From Squalus acanthias (taxonomy: Eukaryota): a DNA stretch of 64,000 nucleotides. The stretch lies in contig JASTWF010000114.1 in the NCBI GenBank assembly GCA_030390025.1, positions 744,001 to 808,000 on the forward strand. Direction: 5' to 3'. The position numbers and the translations under genes are program-made. Positions 37,586 to 49,129 of the stretch are shown piece by piece. Below the pieces are notes generated by a model. The model searched no databases. It saw only the letters and a list, made by a program, of their open reading frames with translations, and was not told the origin of the DNA. Each line of letters opens with the position of its first letter. The first letter of the stretch is position 1.

Positions 37586-39292
37586 AAAAAACAGTTGGAG
37601 AAAGCGGCTCTTCACTCCATCGATGAGAGTCTTCCTTTTGTTGTTGAGTGTGATGCCTCGGAGGTGGCGATCTCGGCCACTCTGAATCAGGAAGGTCGTC
37701 CGGTGGCATTTTTGTCCAGGACTTTTCAAGGGGCTGAGCTACATTATCCTCCAGTCGAGAAAGAAGCGACAGCCATCATGGAGGCAGTACGGAAGTGGAC
37801 TCATCTCCTAGCTCGCCAGTACTTTAACTTAATCACGGACCAGCGATCGGTCGCCTTCATGCTCGATAATCGAAAACGGACCAAAATTAAAAATAATAAA
37901 ATCCAGCTTTGGCGGCTGGAATTGGCCTCTTTTGGTTACACCATCCACTATCGACCTGGCAAGGAGAATGTGGCTCCGGATACCCTCACACGAGCATTCT
38001 GCTCCGCCATGGCACCCTCTACGCTCGTAGACATCCATGATGGGTTGTGTCATCCGGGCGTTACTCGCATGCTACACTTCGTGCGGTCCCAAAATCTCCC
38101 ATTCTCTACCGGGGATGTAAAGAAGATGTGCTCGGACTGCAGAGTCTGTGCGGAATTGAAACCTCAGTTTTTCCGCCCCTCGGGTGGTATACTCATACAT
38201 GCGACCCAGCCAATGCAACGGCTTAGCATCGAATTTAAGGGGCCGTTGCCCTCTTCAACTCGCAACACTTATCTATTGACCATGGTCGATGAGTATTCCC
38301 GTTTTCCGTTTGCCTTTCCCTGCCCCAATATGCTGACGACCACGGTTATCAGCTGCCTTGAGCAGGTATTTGCTTTCTGTGGCATGGCATCCTATGTTCA
38401 TTCGGATCGGGGCCCTTCTTTTATGTCAGGAGAACTCAAGGCCTATCTCTCGGAACGGGGTATTGCTGCCAGCAGAACGACGCCTTATCATCCGGTCGGG
38501 AATGGGCAAGTCGAGCGTTTTAACGCTATCATCTGGAATGCGGTACGTCTGGCTTTGAGATCTCGGGGCCTACCCAACCAGCAATGGGAAGCAGTACTTC
38601 CAGACGCATTACACTCCACACGGTCCCTCCTTTCGACCGCCACAAATACGACGCCTCATGAACGTTTCTTCCGATTTCAGCGTCGCTCATCCTATGGGAT
38701 ATCTCTCCCGTCGTGGCTGACTGCACCGGGACCAGTGCTACTCCGAAGATATGTTCGGGCGTCTAAGAATGACCCCCTGGTAGATGAGGTTGAGCTCACT
38801 GACGTCAACCCTACCTACGCCTATATTCGGTATCCTGACGGTCGGGAATCTACCGTGTCATTACGGGATCTGGCTCCCTGCCCGCCGAAACATAGAGGGA
38901 CACCAGGGGATGATATTGTACCAGGCATATCTCTGGGCTCGCCAGGTGCCTCTCATCACGATCTGGATCTGACGCCGGCTGGTACCTCACTCCAGCGTGC
39001 CGATCTGGGGCAGACTGACTATGAGCCCGTCGGGGCTCGCACGCGCAGCCACGATCCACCCCGTACCATACGCTCGGAAACGGATCTGCCACAGCCCTGC
39101 CCGACACCCGTTCGGGCACCAGTACACAGTCAGGATCGTCCTGACCCCTCACAGAGCGGGCTGGATCACTCGGACTCTGGTCCACGGCCCGCGGCGGGTA
39201 AACGGGCTAGGGGCCCTCTACCGCTACGAGAACCCAAACGGGTGCGGCTCTCCCTCGTCCAGCGGCTACGAAATGGAGGGAGAATGTGGTAA
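37586..39292 (+). CDS. Gypsy pol C-terminal part (RNase H, integrase)
   Basis: VECDAS, EKEA, ITDQRS; HHCC (H..H..C..C); MVDEYSRF, HSDRG, GQVERFN. Confidence 0.92.
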   Translation, partial: KKQLEKAALHSIDESLPFVVECDASEVAISATLNQEGRPVAFLSRTFQGAELHYPPVEKEATAIMEAVRKWTHLLARQYFNLITDQRSVAFMLDNRKRTKIKNNKIQLWRLELASFGYTIHYRPGKENVAPDTLTRAFCSAMAPSTLVDIHDGLCHPGVTRMLHFVRSQNLPFSTGDVKKMCSDCRVCAELKPQFFRPSGGILIHATQPMQRLSIEFKGPLPSSTRNTYLLTMVDEYSRFPFAFPCPNMLTTTVISCLEQVFAFCGMASYVHSDRGPSFMSGELKAYLSERGIAASRTTPYHPVGNGQVERFNAIIWNAVRLALRSRGLPNQQWEAVLPDALHSTRSLLSTATNTTPHERFFRFQRRSSYGISLPSWLTAPGPVLLRRYVRASKNDPLVDEVELTDVNPTYAYIRYPDGRESTVSLRDLAPCPPKHRGTPGDDIVPGISLGSPGASHHDLDLTPAGTSLQRADLGQTDYEPVGARTRSHDPPRTIRSETDLPQPCPTPVRAPVHSQDRPDPSQSGLDHSDSGPRPAAGKRARGPLPLREPKRVRLSLVQRLRNGGRMW

Positions 39293-40747
39293 CACAATAC
39301 AGCTTCCTGTGACTCGAACTTCATCCCGGCCTCCTAATCTTTTTGGGGGGGAGAATGTGGTAACACAATACAGCTTCCTGTGACTTGAACTTTATTACAT
39401 CACTTCCTGTGATTAGTCCAGGATAAATACTGGGCTGAGCAGTTGGATCCTGGAGAGGCATAGAGTAAGACCTCTTTTGTATGTAGCACCTTTTTAGTTG
39501 ATTAAAGCTTACTTTAAGTTCACCACGCGTAAGGCTCATTCTTACGACACTCTCTATCTACCCTATGAACACCTTAGTTCGGTCACTTCTTAATCTACTA
39601 TATTCAAGAGAATACAAGATGAGTCTGTGCAACCTGTCCTCAGAATTTTAACCTTTTTGCACCGGTATCGTTCTCGTGAATTTAGATCTGCTTTATATAA
39701 CCCTATAATATAATGTAAATCAACATTAGCAAGAACACGGTTGTTAGGAATCTATTCAAATCCTCATGTGATTTATTGGACAGTTTCTGGGCGATGGTTT
39801 TGAAAGGGTCTTTGCCAGGAACAGTTTTTGCTGCTCCTGAATCTCATTCGGAAGTACATGCTGATTCCAAACTAGTCAGAGGGGGAATACTTAGATTGAT
39901 CTGGCTCTGATGGATAAAGCAATATAACAACCTATGATGCAATCCTGTTTCTGATTGAATATTCTCGCCCAACACTGCGCATTACTGGGATCTTGAACAT
40001 AGGAATTGCTAGACGAAATGATTTCACCTTCTACCATCCTGGTAGTCCCATGATACGATGATAATGGGATTGTCATGGCAATCCATCCCTATCCATGAGT
40101 CTACACCAAACCCAGACCTGACGTGAGCAAATCCCCAGTGGTGGAGAGCTTGAGGAAACCACAGGTCCAAAGTCACCCATTCATCCCAAGCCACGCTACA
40201 CTCACCAACTGTCTCTGACATGCAGTTTTCACATTACTACACACGGCAAAACACACTACCCAAAGGTAAAATGGAACCATGCACAATTCCCCGCATTAGT
40301 GCCCGCGTTTCTCTCCTTTGGTGTTCTTAGTCTGTAAATAATTAAGCATCTCGCTTCTCAGACAGAGACTATCGCCACAAATAGTATCTCAATTCAAGAC
40401 TGATATTGTCAGCTGAAGAGTAATTGAAGTTTCATACCGATCACATTTAATTATAGGTGAAGTATTGATCGATATGAACCTCTCGTGTATCGTTACATTC
40501 GAAGAATAATTTATTTTATTGATATGAAGCATTTGCAAATAAAAATCTTGTTACTAACTGGAGCTGCAGGATGAGCAGGAAAGGTTCAGAGAAACACCAA
40601 ACCGAGAAGTCCCTGCTCTTAATTTTGTCTCACACTTGATTTACACTAATGCAGTGTAGTAACTTTACAATACTCAAAGCACGTTCGTTTACATTGAACA
40701 GAAAGAATCTTTGCAAACTCTGGCGAGTTCAGGCCGATAATTTAGAT

Positions 40748-41125
40748 AATAAAAACAGAAAATGCTGGAGATACTCAGCAGGTCAGGCAGCATCTGTGAA
40801 GAGAGAAACAGAGTTAACGTTTCAGGGCGATGACCTTTCGGCAGAACTGGAATAAAGCAGGAAATGCAACAGATTTTTAAGCAAGGGTAGGAGCTGGGAA
40901 ATGGGGGAGGGGAACAAAACTTTTGTTCTTTCATCCCCTCCCCCATTTCCCAGCCCCTACCCGTGTTTAAAAATCTGTTGCATTCCCTGCTTTTTTCCAG
41001 TTTGGACGAAAGGTCATCGACCTGAAACGTTAACTCTGTTTCTCCCTTCACAGATGCTGCCTGACCTGCTGAGTATCTCCAGCATTTTCTGTTTTTATTT
41101 CAGATTTCCAGCATCTGCAGTACTT
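40748..41125. repeat. Palindromic Penelope-derived element
   Basis: AAAAACAGAAAATGCTGGAGATACTCAGCAGGTCAGGCAGCATCTGTG.. and its reverse complement ending at ~41097. Confidence 0.8.
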
Positions 41126-41254
41126 TCTTTTTTTTCAGATAGTTTAGATATTTGACGGGTGTCTTCGTAGCTCCATTCTTTTTCCCGCAGGCTCTGGATT
41201 CTTTTGTAAGTCCGGCCTCCTCCCGCATCCATTGGATAGAAACCCTCCGGGTTC

Positions 41255-41341
41255 TCATCCGCGACCCGCCTTCTTTTTTGATGACTTTTCCGTGGCAGCA
41301 AATTCCAGAGAGGCGTAAAGTATCTGGTCTCGAGGACCGCC
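41255..41341 (-). CDS. Gene B terminal exon with ITIM
   Basis: TTTTCCTTTCTCAG| GGPRDQILYASLEFAATEKSSKKKAGRG*; IxYxxL. Confidence 0.75.
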   Translation of the reverse strand, partial: GGPRDQILYASLEFAATEKSSKKKAGRG

Positions 41342-41764
41342 CTGAGAAAGGAAAATATATTAAACATTGACATTTCAAGATATTTAAAGGTAAGTCAAAG
41401 TATCTAGTCCTGCAGTCGCGTTTCATGGAATCAGAGAACGATTAGGCACAGAATCAGACAATTCGGTCCATTGTGCCTGTGCCGGCTCTTTGAAAGATCA
41501 TAAGAACATAATAATAAGAGCAGGAATAGGTCATACGGCCCCTCGAGCCTGCTCCACCATTCAATAAGATCATGGCTGATCATCGACCTCAACTCCTCTT
41601 TCCCACCCGATTTCCATATACCTTGATTGCCCATTCCTCCTAATATTCGTCTTAAATGGCCGACGCCTTATCCTGAGACTATGCTCCCTAGTTCTAGATA
41701 GGCCAGCCAGGGAAAACAACCTCTCAGCATCTACCCTGTCAATCAATCCACTTCAGAATCTTAA

Positions 41765-42900
41765 ATAACAACAGAAAACGCTGGAAAAAACTCAGCAGGC
41801 CAGGCCGCATCAGTGGAGAGAGAAACACAGTTAACGTTTCAGGTCGAAGACCTTTCGTCAGAACTGGAAAAAAGCAGGAAATGAAACAGTTTTAAAGCAA
41901 GTATCATGCTGCGAAAAGGGGGAGGGGATGAAAGAACAAAAGGCAAGGTCAGTGGTGGGATAGAAAGCAGGAGAGATTAAGAGACATTAAGAGATAATCA
42001 AGGCCCGAGGAGGTAGCAATGTGACAGGTAGAGGCTAGATGGAGATGTGAACGGCGCTGGCAGAATGAAGGACAGCTGTCAACTTGTGGGAGGGAAAAAA
42101 AGGCCAAACAAAAGGGAGGATGAAAAAATAAAATAAATATATATATATATCTGATAGGGGCCAAGGTTATGATCTGAAATTGTTGAACTCGATGTTGAGT
42201 CCAGAGGGCTATAGGGTGCCTAAACGAAAGATGAGGTGCTGTTCCTCGAGCTTACGCTGAGCTTCCATGGAACAATGCAAGAGGCCGAGGACGGTGAGGT
42301 CAGAGTGGGAGTGGAGCGAAGAATTAAAGTTACAGGCAACCAAGAGCTCGGGGTACCCCTTACGGACTGAACGGAGGTGTTCGAGGAACAGCTCCTCATC
42401 TTTCATTTAGGCACCCGACAGCCCTCTGGACTCAACATCGAGTTCAACAATTTCAGGTCATAACCTTGGCCCCTATCACATATATATATATATATTTATC
42501 TTATTTTTTCATCCACCCTTTTGTTTGGCCTTTTTTTTCCTTCCGAGAAGCTGGCTGCTGTCCTTCATTCTGCCAGCGCCGTTCACACTTCATCTAGCCT
42601 CTACCTGTCACATTACCACCTCCTCTTGCCTTGATTATCTCTTAATGTCTCTTAATCTCTCCTGCTTTCTATCCCACCACTGACATTGCCTTTTGTTCTT
42701 TCATCCCCTCCCCCTTGTCCCAGCATTATACTTGCTTTAAATCTATATAATTTTCTGCTTTTTTCCAATTCTGACCAAAAGTCTTCGACCTGAAACGTTA
42801 ACTCTGTATCTCTCGGCACGGATGCTGCCTGGCCTGCTGAGTTTTTCCAGCTTTTTCTGTTGTTATTTCGGATTTCCAGCATCCACAGTATTTTGCTATC
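41765..42900. mobile_element. Large inverted-repeat Penelope-like element (GIY-YIG C-terminal remnant in the centre)
   Basis: Arms ~41765-42260 and ~42385-42870 are reverse complements; ORF 42209-42406 ends AQRKLEEQHLIFRLGTL. Confidence 0.75.
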
Positions 42901-43734
42901 GCATCACTTCAGAATCTTGTATTTTTCAATGAGATCACCTCTCATTCTTCTGAACTACAGTATAGGCCCATTGTACAAAATCTCTCATCATAGGACAGCC
43001 TTCTCATCGCAGGAATCACTCCAGTGAACCGCCGTTGCACTGTATCCAAGGCAAGTATATCCTTCCTCAGATAAGGAGACCAAAACTGTGCACAGTACTC
43101 CAGGTGTGGTCTCACCAAGGCCCAGTATAATTGTAGCAAGACTTGCTTACTCTTGTACAGACACTCAATCACTCACACACGCACACAATCAATCACACCC
43201 AGACATAATCACACGCAATCACACACTCAATGAAACACACACATTCAATCATACCCAGACAGAATATCACACACACACACTACGTTACACTACGTTACAC
43301 ACACAAACATAGACTCAAATACACTCACACTCACACTCAATGACACAATCAAAATCAGTCATACCCAGACAGAATCACAAGCCATCACACGTCCTAAAAG
43401 AAAGAAAGACTTGAATTTCCAAAGCATCTTTCATGACCTCAGCACGTTCCAAAGCGCTTTACAATAAATAAACTACTTTTGAATTGCAGTTACAGTTGTA
43501 ATATAGGAAAAGTGGAAGCCAGGCTGCGCACATCAAGCCCCCACAAACAGCAATGAGATAATGACCAGTTAATCTGTTTTTTAATAATGTTGGTTGAGGG
43601 ATAAATATTGGCCCAGGACACCTGGGAAAAATCTCCTATGCTCTTCTGCGATATAGTGGCTTGAGTTCATTTACGTCCACCAGAGAGGGCAGACGGGGAC
43701 TCAATTTAACATCTCATCTCAAAGAAGGCACCTG

Positions 43735-44030
43735 CGACGATGCAGCACTCCCTCAGTACTGCCCCACCAACAGTGCAGCACTCCCTCAGTCCAGACCCTC
43801 CGACAGCGCGGCGCTCCCTCAGTCCTTCCCCTCCGACAGTGCAGCGCTCCCTCAGTACTGCCTCTTGGAATGTGCGGCGCTCCCTCAGTACTGCCCCTCC
43901 GACAGTGCGGCGCTTCCTCAGTACTGCCACTCCGACAGTGCGGCGCTCCCTGAGTACTGCCCCACCAACAGTGCAGCACTCCCTCAGTCCTGCCCCTCCG
44001 ACAGTGCGGCGCTCCCTCAGTACCGCACTG
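43735..44030. repeat. 33-bp tandem array in a Deu-type SINE, flanked by (CA)n tracts
   Basis: Same unit as 24015-24405; CA-rich tracts ~43150-43390 and 44135-44430. Confidence 0.85.
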
Positions 44031-44235
44031 GGAGCGTCAGCCTAGATTTTTGTGCACAAGTCACTGGAGTGAGACTTGAACCCATGAACTTCTAACCAAG
44101 AGGCGAGAGTGCTACCCACTGAGTCATGGCTGACAATCACACGCACTTACACACACACAAAATCTCATACATACACACACACACTCACTCTCTCAGACAC
44201 TCACTCACAGACACACACACACACTCAAACACACT

Positions 44236-44267
<32 letters not shown>

Positions 44268-45074
44268 CTCACACACTCACTCTCACTCTCACACATACAC
44301 TGTCACACTCCCACACTCACTCGTACACACACACACTCTCACACTCACACTCACACACACACACTCTCACACTCACAGACTCACACGCATGCACACACAC
44401 TCTCCCACTCACACACACAATCACATTCTCTCCAAACTGATTCCATCTTTGACGGCTTACAATATAAACATATTTTGACTTATCTGTGAAACCATTCTGG
44501 GTGTTGGCTTATTTCTGAATCTTCATAATAATAACTGTGCTAATATATTAAAAACAGTATCTCCGCCGGATGGGAGGGGGGCGGGGGTTTGTTGGGGGAG
44601 CGGACATGGACTCAATGTAAAGATAAAAGGAATAGAAAATAGCAAAAAGCTGGAAATCTGAAATAGAACCTGAATCTGCTGGAAATCTGCAGTGAAGTCT
44701 GGTGAAGCATTCTACCTGGAACATTTACCTATCCTTTCTATTATCAGATGGGAAGAGGGCTGCAGGTTATGTTCTGTTTCCAGTTGGAGCAACGAGTTGG
44801 ATTCGCTGCAAATTAAAATGTTCTGGACTATGAACTGCTCATTCACATGCAATTGAAATATCCCACCTACGGCGCATTGCACCCATTCCAGAAATCACCA
44901 AGTTGCTGTATATTATTGCAACAGGTTCAATGAACTTACTTACATGTATTGCACCCTGATGTGTCCGCTTCACCTCCTATTTGAGGGGTGTCACCTGTGT
45001 ATTAACAGTTAAGAATATGAATTTAAATATTATAAATTCTGGCTAATCTATATTTATTTATAGAGGCACTATGT

Positions 45075-45310
45075 GCCAAAGGTCCCCTAATACGTCAATT
45101 ATCCAGCAATACGCCAATGGTACCCCAATAAGCCAATGATCACCTAATATGCCAATGGTCCACCAATATGCCAATGGCACCCCAATACGACAATAGTCCA
45201 GCAATACGCCAATGGTACCACAATAAGCCAATAATCCCCCAATACACCAATGATACCCCAATACGCTAATTGTCCACCAATACCCCAATGGTAGCCCAAT
45301 ACGCCTATTG
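45075..45310. repeat. Degenerate ~19-20 bp minisatellite (CCAATACGCCAATGGTAC-like)
   Basis: Repeated CCAATA.GCCAATG units. Confidence 0.75.
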
Positions 45311-45522
45311 ATGAACATGGATGATCCACCCCCGGAGTCTGGCGTCTATTATCCATCTGATACATAATTGTCAGCATTAATAACCAATAATTTGCCTTTC
45401 TGTAGATTCGTCAGACAGGAGAACGATGGCAGGACATTTTGATGGCGGAAAATGAACTTATTTATCTTTGAAATATCCCACAAATTATGTTCTATCTCTA
45501 CCAACATTTCAATCAAACTCAC

Positions 45523-45821
45523 CTGGGTGTCGCTCATTCCTTCCGGCTCTCATCGTTCTCTCTCTCAAACTAAAACTATATGCGAACAAAAATGTTAAAC
45601 AAGCATTACTTCTTGTCAGTCTTTGGTCACATGCCATAAATATCCAGAACAGAATTGCGGAATGGACTTTGATTCAATCTTAAAAGAACGTGGAAAATAA
45701 TGAAATTGGAGTCGGGGTTAAGTGGTTTTAACAGTGTTAAATACAGTGAGACTGTTACTGATGAACTTTCTGAATGGTTCAGTTACTTACCTTTCCTTGT
45801 GGTGTCCCTTGACTCGTTCTT
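45523..45821 (-). CDS. Gene B small cytoplasmic exons (45821-45791 and 45569-45523)
   Basis: EERVKGHHKE then SLRERTMRAGRNERHP; GTAAGT and GTGAGT donors; phases 1>2>1 compatible. Confidence 0.55.
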
Positions 45822-45904
45822 CTGAAACAATTAACTGTAATTAGTATTTAACGCTTCGAGAAGAGAATCACATTCAAATATTCCTGCCAAACCTCAATTC
45901 TCAC

Positions 45905-46006
45905 CTGATCTGCCGCTTTTATGAGTCCAAATGGAAATGAGGATCAGTACTAGAACCAGGCTCACCGAGACAGTGATGGCAATGGGAAGGGTCGGAATGC
46001 ACCATC
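45905..46006 (-). CDS. Gene B stalk/transmembrane exon
   Basis: TTTCTCTCTGTAG| GWCIPTLPIAITVSVSLVLVLILISIWTHKSGRS |GTGAG; no charged TM residue. Confidence 0.82.
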
Positions 46007-47697
46007 CTACAGAGAGAAATACTTAGAAAATGCTGCTCGGTCAAACCAGTACTTTATGGGATTATCTGATGAGGAACCTGACGCAGTTACATTGAAGGAG
46101 CATTAAATTCGGGGTGTGAAAGGATAAACCAGCCAATGCGACGAATATTCGACAAGTGAAAGCTCATAACGGAATACATTGCACTAGTTTGGTGGCTGAG
46201 GCTAATTGACAGCCGACACTCTCAGCATTGCCCCATAATTTTAATAATGCACAATCAAAACATCCTATTTGAAAACTGAATCATAGAATGATTAGAGCAC
46301 AGAAAGAGGCCATTCAACCCATCGTGGCTGTGCCGGCTCATTGGTGGAGCAACCCAATTAGACCCATCCCCTTCTCTTTCCCCATAGCCCTGCTAATGTT
46401 ATACCTTCAAGTATTTATCCAATTCTCTTTTGACAGTTACTATTGAACCTGCTTCCACCGCCACTTCAGGCAGCGCATTCCAGATCACAACAACTCGCTG
46501 CGTAACAAAATGTTTCCTCATCTCGCCTCTGGTTCTTTAGCCAATCACCTTAAATCTGTGTTCTCTGTTTACCGACCCTTCTGCCAATGGGAACAGTTTC
46601 TTCTTATTTATTCAATCAGAACCATTCATGATTCATGATTGAACACCTCTATTAAATTTCCTCTTAACCTTCTCTGCTCTAAGGAGAACAATCCCAGCTT
46701 TTCCATTCTCTCCACATAACTGAAGTCCCTCATCCCTGGTACCATTCTAGTAAATCTCCTCTCCACACTCTCCAATACTTGACTTCCTTCCTAAAGTGTT
46801 TTGGACAGAATTAGACACAATACTCCAGCTGTGGTCCAACCATTGCTTTATAAATGTTCAGCATAACTTCCTTGCTTCTGTGCTCTATTCTTCTATTAAT
46901 AAAGCCAAAGAGCCCATATGTTTTTTAATAATCTTCTCGACTTGTCCTGCCACCTTTAAAGATTTACGCATATATACCCCTATGTTTTATGTGAGCTAAA
47001 CTGGAAGGATTACCCATTTTCCGTGAAGTTTCATAACCCGATTAAATTAAAATCTATTTCACTAGGAAAGTGGGGTTCGATAAGGGGGGTTCGGGTCTTA
47101 TAAACGGGAAACGAGAAAATAAACGGGTGGAAATGAGCGAGCGTCTGATCCCAGCAGACGCGTTCAGCCAAGTATTTCGTGGCATCTCCTGAATACTTTC
47201 AGGTCAGAAATCGCGTTCACTCCAATCCATTCCAGGATGCGCTGCCTGAAAGGGCGGTGGAAGCTGATTCCCGAATAACTTTGGAAAGGGAGTCGGATAA
47301 ATTCTTGAAGTGGAAAATTTTGCAAGGACTGTGGGGAAAGAGCAGGGGCAGAGTGGGATTAATTGGAATGCTCTTTCAAAGAGCCGGCACAGGCACGATG
47401 GGCCGAATGGTCACCTTCTGACTGCATCTTTCTTTGATTCTTAGATGACACGCAGAACTCTAAAGTCAGCCAAGAGCGGAGAATGTATCTACAAGACCTG
47501 GGACGGAGGGTAATCATAGCTTATTTCAATGTATTTTATAACAGACTGACCGCATTATTTCTCCTGATATATAGATATTCATGCTTATCCCGCGGTGTTG
47601 CTTTATTTACATACTTTAGGCGCTTAGGAGCGAGTGAACTACTCCAACTGACACTAAAGTTGAATAATAATATTCGCTATACAGATCACAGACTCAC

Positions 47698-48018
47698 CTG
47701 CCACTGTTTTGGGGCGCGACACGCTCTTGGCCCAAGATTTGTCCTTGGAACCCAGCTCAACAACACAGGTGCAGACCCCGCCGCTTCTCCAGTCTTCCCT
47801 CGAGACCATCACATGGCTTCTGATGCTGTCGGTCCCGTCCGGGTCCAGTGTACCGGAATCGCTCCGTCCCTCGTTCACCTGTCCGGTAACGTTCCAGTAA
47901 ATAGAAATCTGGTTCGAGGAGACGCCAGTGCCCAAACACACCAAGGGGACGGTGTCCCTTAAATGCGGCTCCCCCGGCGGAGCAAACACCAGCACAGCCG
48001 TCTTGGGTGTGGAACTGT
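47698..48018 (-). CDS. Gene B C1-set exon (open)
   Basis: DSSTPKTAVLVFAPP..VPLVCLGTGVSSNQISIYWNVTG..DPDGTDSIRSHVMVSREDWRSGGVCTCVV..; GTGAG donor. Confidence 0.9.
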
Positions 48019-48109
48019 CTGAACAGGGATTGGGACACATTTAATCTCTTAGTTTACACCGAATGATATTGCTGTGCCTGATCTGAATTCAATTTGGTTT
48101 CGCTCTTAC

Positions 48110-48441
48110 CTCCAACCAGCAGTGTGGATCCATTCCGGAGCGGTACATAGCCACCCCTAGGTGCACAGTAATAGGAGCCAGTGTCAGCCACCTGCACATT
48201 GCGGATTTCCAGGATCAGTATATTTTTGTTGTGTCCTTTTTTAGAAGTAAACTTGCAATCGGTCCGATTACAGGATGGGATATCGATTAGTCTCGTGCTT
48301 CACCCACACGCTGCTTGTACCAGAAATGACTATTCACAAACTCCACTTCATAATTCTGCTGACATTCCAATTCAACCGACTGGCCGACTCCGGCTGTCAC
48401 TGTGAAGGGTTGCCGAGACAGGATGGGCTGGGATTCTGCAA
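48110..48441 (-). pseudogene. Gene B VJ-type V exon with frameshift
   Basis: AESQPILSRQPFTVTAGVGQSVELECQQ..FWYKQRVGEA/[fs ~48294]RLIDIPSCNRTDCKF..LILEIRNVQVADTGSYYCAPRGGYVPLRNGSTLLVG; 91-nt V-C intron. Confidence 0.85.
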
Positions 48442-49074
48442 CTAGAGGGATTATTGTTACATTAGAACTGATTATTGAGCGATAGAAAGAAGCCGCGTTG
48501 AAACACCTCGCCTGTAATTTAAGAACAGCACCATTATTGCCTTCAGTTATTGCTTGTTATATCCATTCTCTAGTTTGCCTTTACTTCGCCTTAGAGAAGG
48601 ACCACAAAGTAAACCAACATTATCAACAACAACTTTCTTTCATACAACGCCTTTAACGTAATTAAACGACCCCAGGCGCTTTACAGAAATTTGACTCCGA
48701 GCCTCATACTGCGATATTAGGACAGGTGACCAAAAGCTTGGTCAAAGAGGTAGGTTTTAGGAGCGTCTTATAGGAGGAGAGAGAGGCGGAGAGGTTTAGG
48801 GAGGGAATTTCAGAGCTTAGGGCCCAGGCAGCTGAAGGCACGGACACCAATGCTGGAGCGATTAAAATCGGGGTTGTTCAAGAGGCCAGAATTGGAGGAG
48901 CGCAGAGATCTCGAACAGTTGCAGGGCTGGAGGAGGATACAGAGATAGGGAGGGTGCGAAAATATCAGTCGAAAAGCTGTTAGCTTGGTCACATTTTCAA
49001 CTTAGTAAACAGAGTCCATTGTTTCCAGTTTTTGGCTGATACCATTCAGGAGTTCGCAACCGTGTCTCACTCAC

Positions 49075-49129
49075 CGTAAGGCCAGGTCACGTGGACAATG
49101 AGGATCAGGGAAAACGCTTTCTTGAACAC
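49075..49129 (-). pseudogene. Gene B leader exon with mutated start codon
   Basis: GTG-FKKAFSLILIVHVTWPY-G, GTGAGT donor; paralog at 3347 has ATG. Confidence 0.75.

Larger units (their letters stand above)
34068..39549 (+). mobile_element. Ty3/Gypsy LTR retrotransposon, full length, recent, disrupted by a CR1 fragment
   Basis: 194-bp LTRs 34068-34261 and 39356-39549 (TG..CA, identical by eye), TSD CTCTC, PPT GGGGGGGAGAA, domain order gag-PR-RT-RH-IN. Confidence 0.95.
41255..49129 (-). pseudogene. Gene B: non-rearranging VJ-C1-TM-ITIM antigen-receptor-like gene (PRARP/VJ-C1-like), disabled
   Basis: Leader 49129-49075 (GTG instead of ATG), V 48441-48110 (1-nt deletion), C1 48018-47698, TM 46006-45905, small cytoplasmic exons 45821-45791, 45569-45523, possibly 44994-44944, terminal exon 41341-41255. 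Confidence 0.85.

Noticed and set aside
44871-44905. Extra 35-nt gene B exon that would fix the tail phase
   Set aside because: Contains an in-frame TGA and leaves only a 38-nt intron
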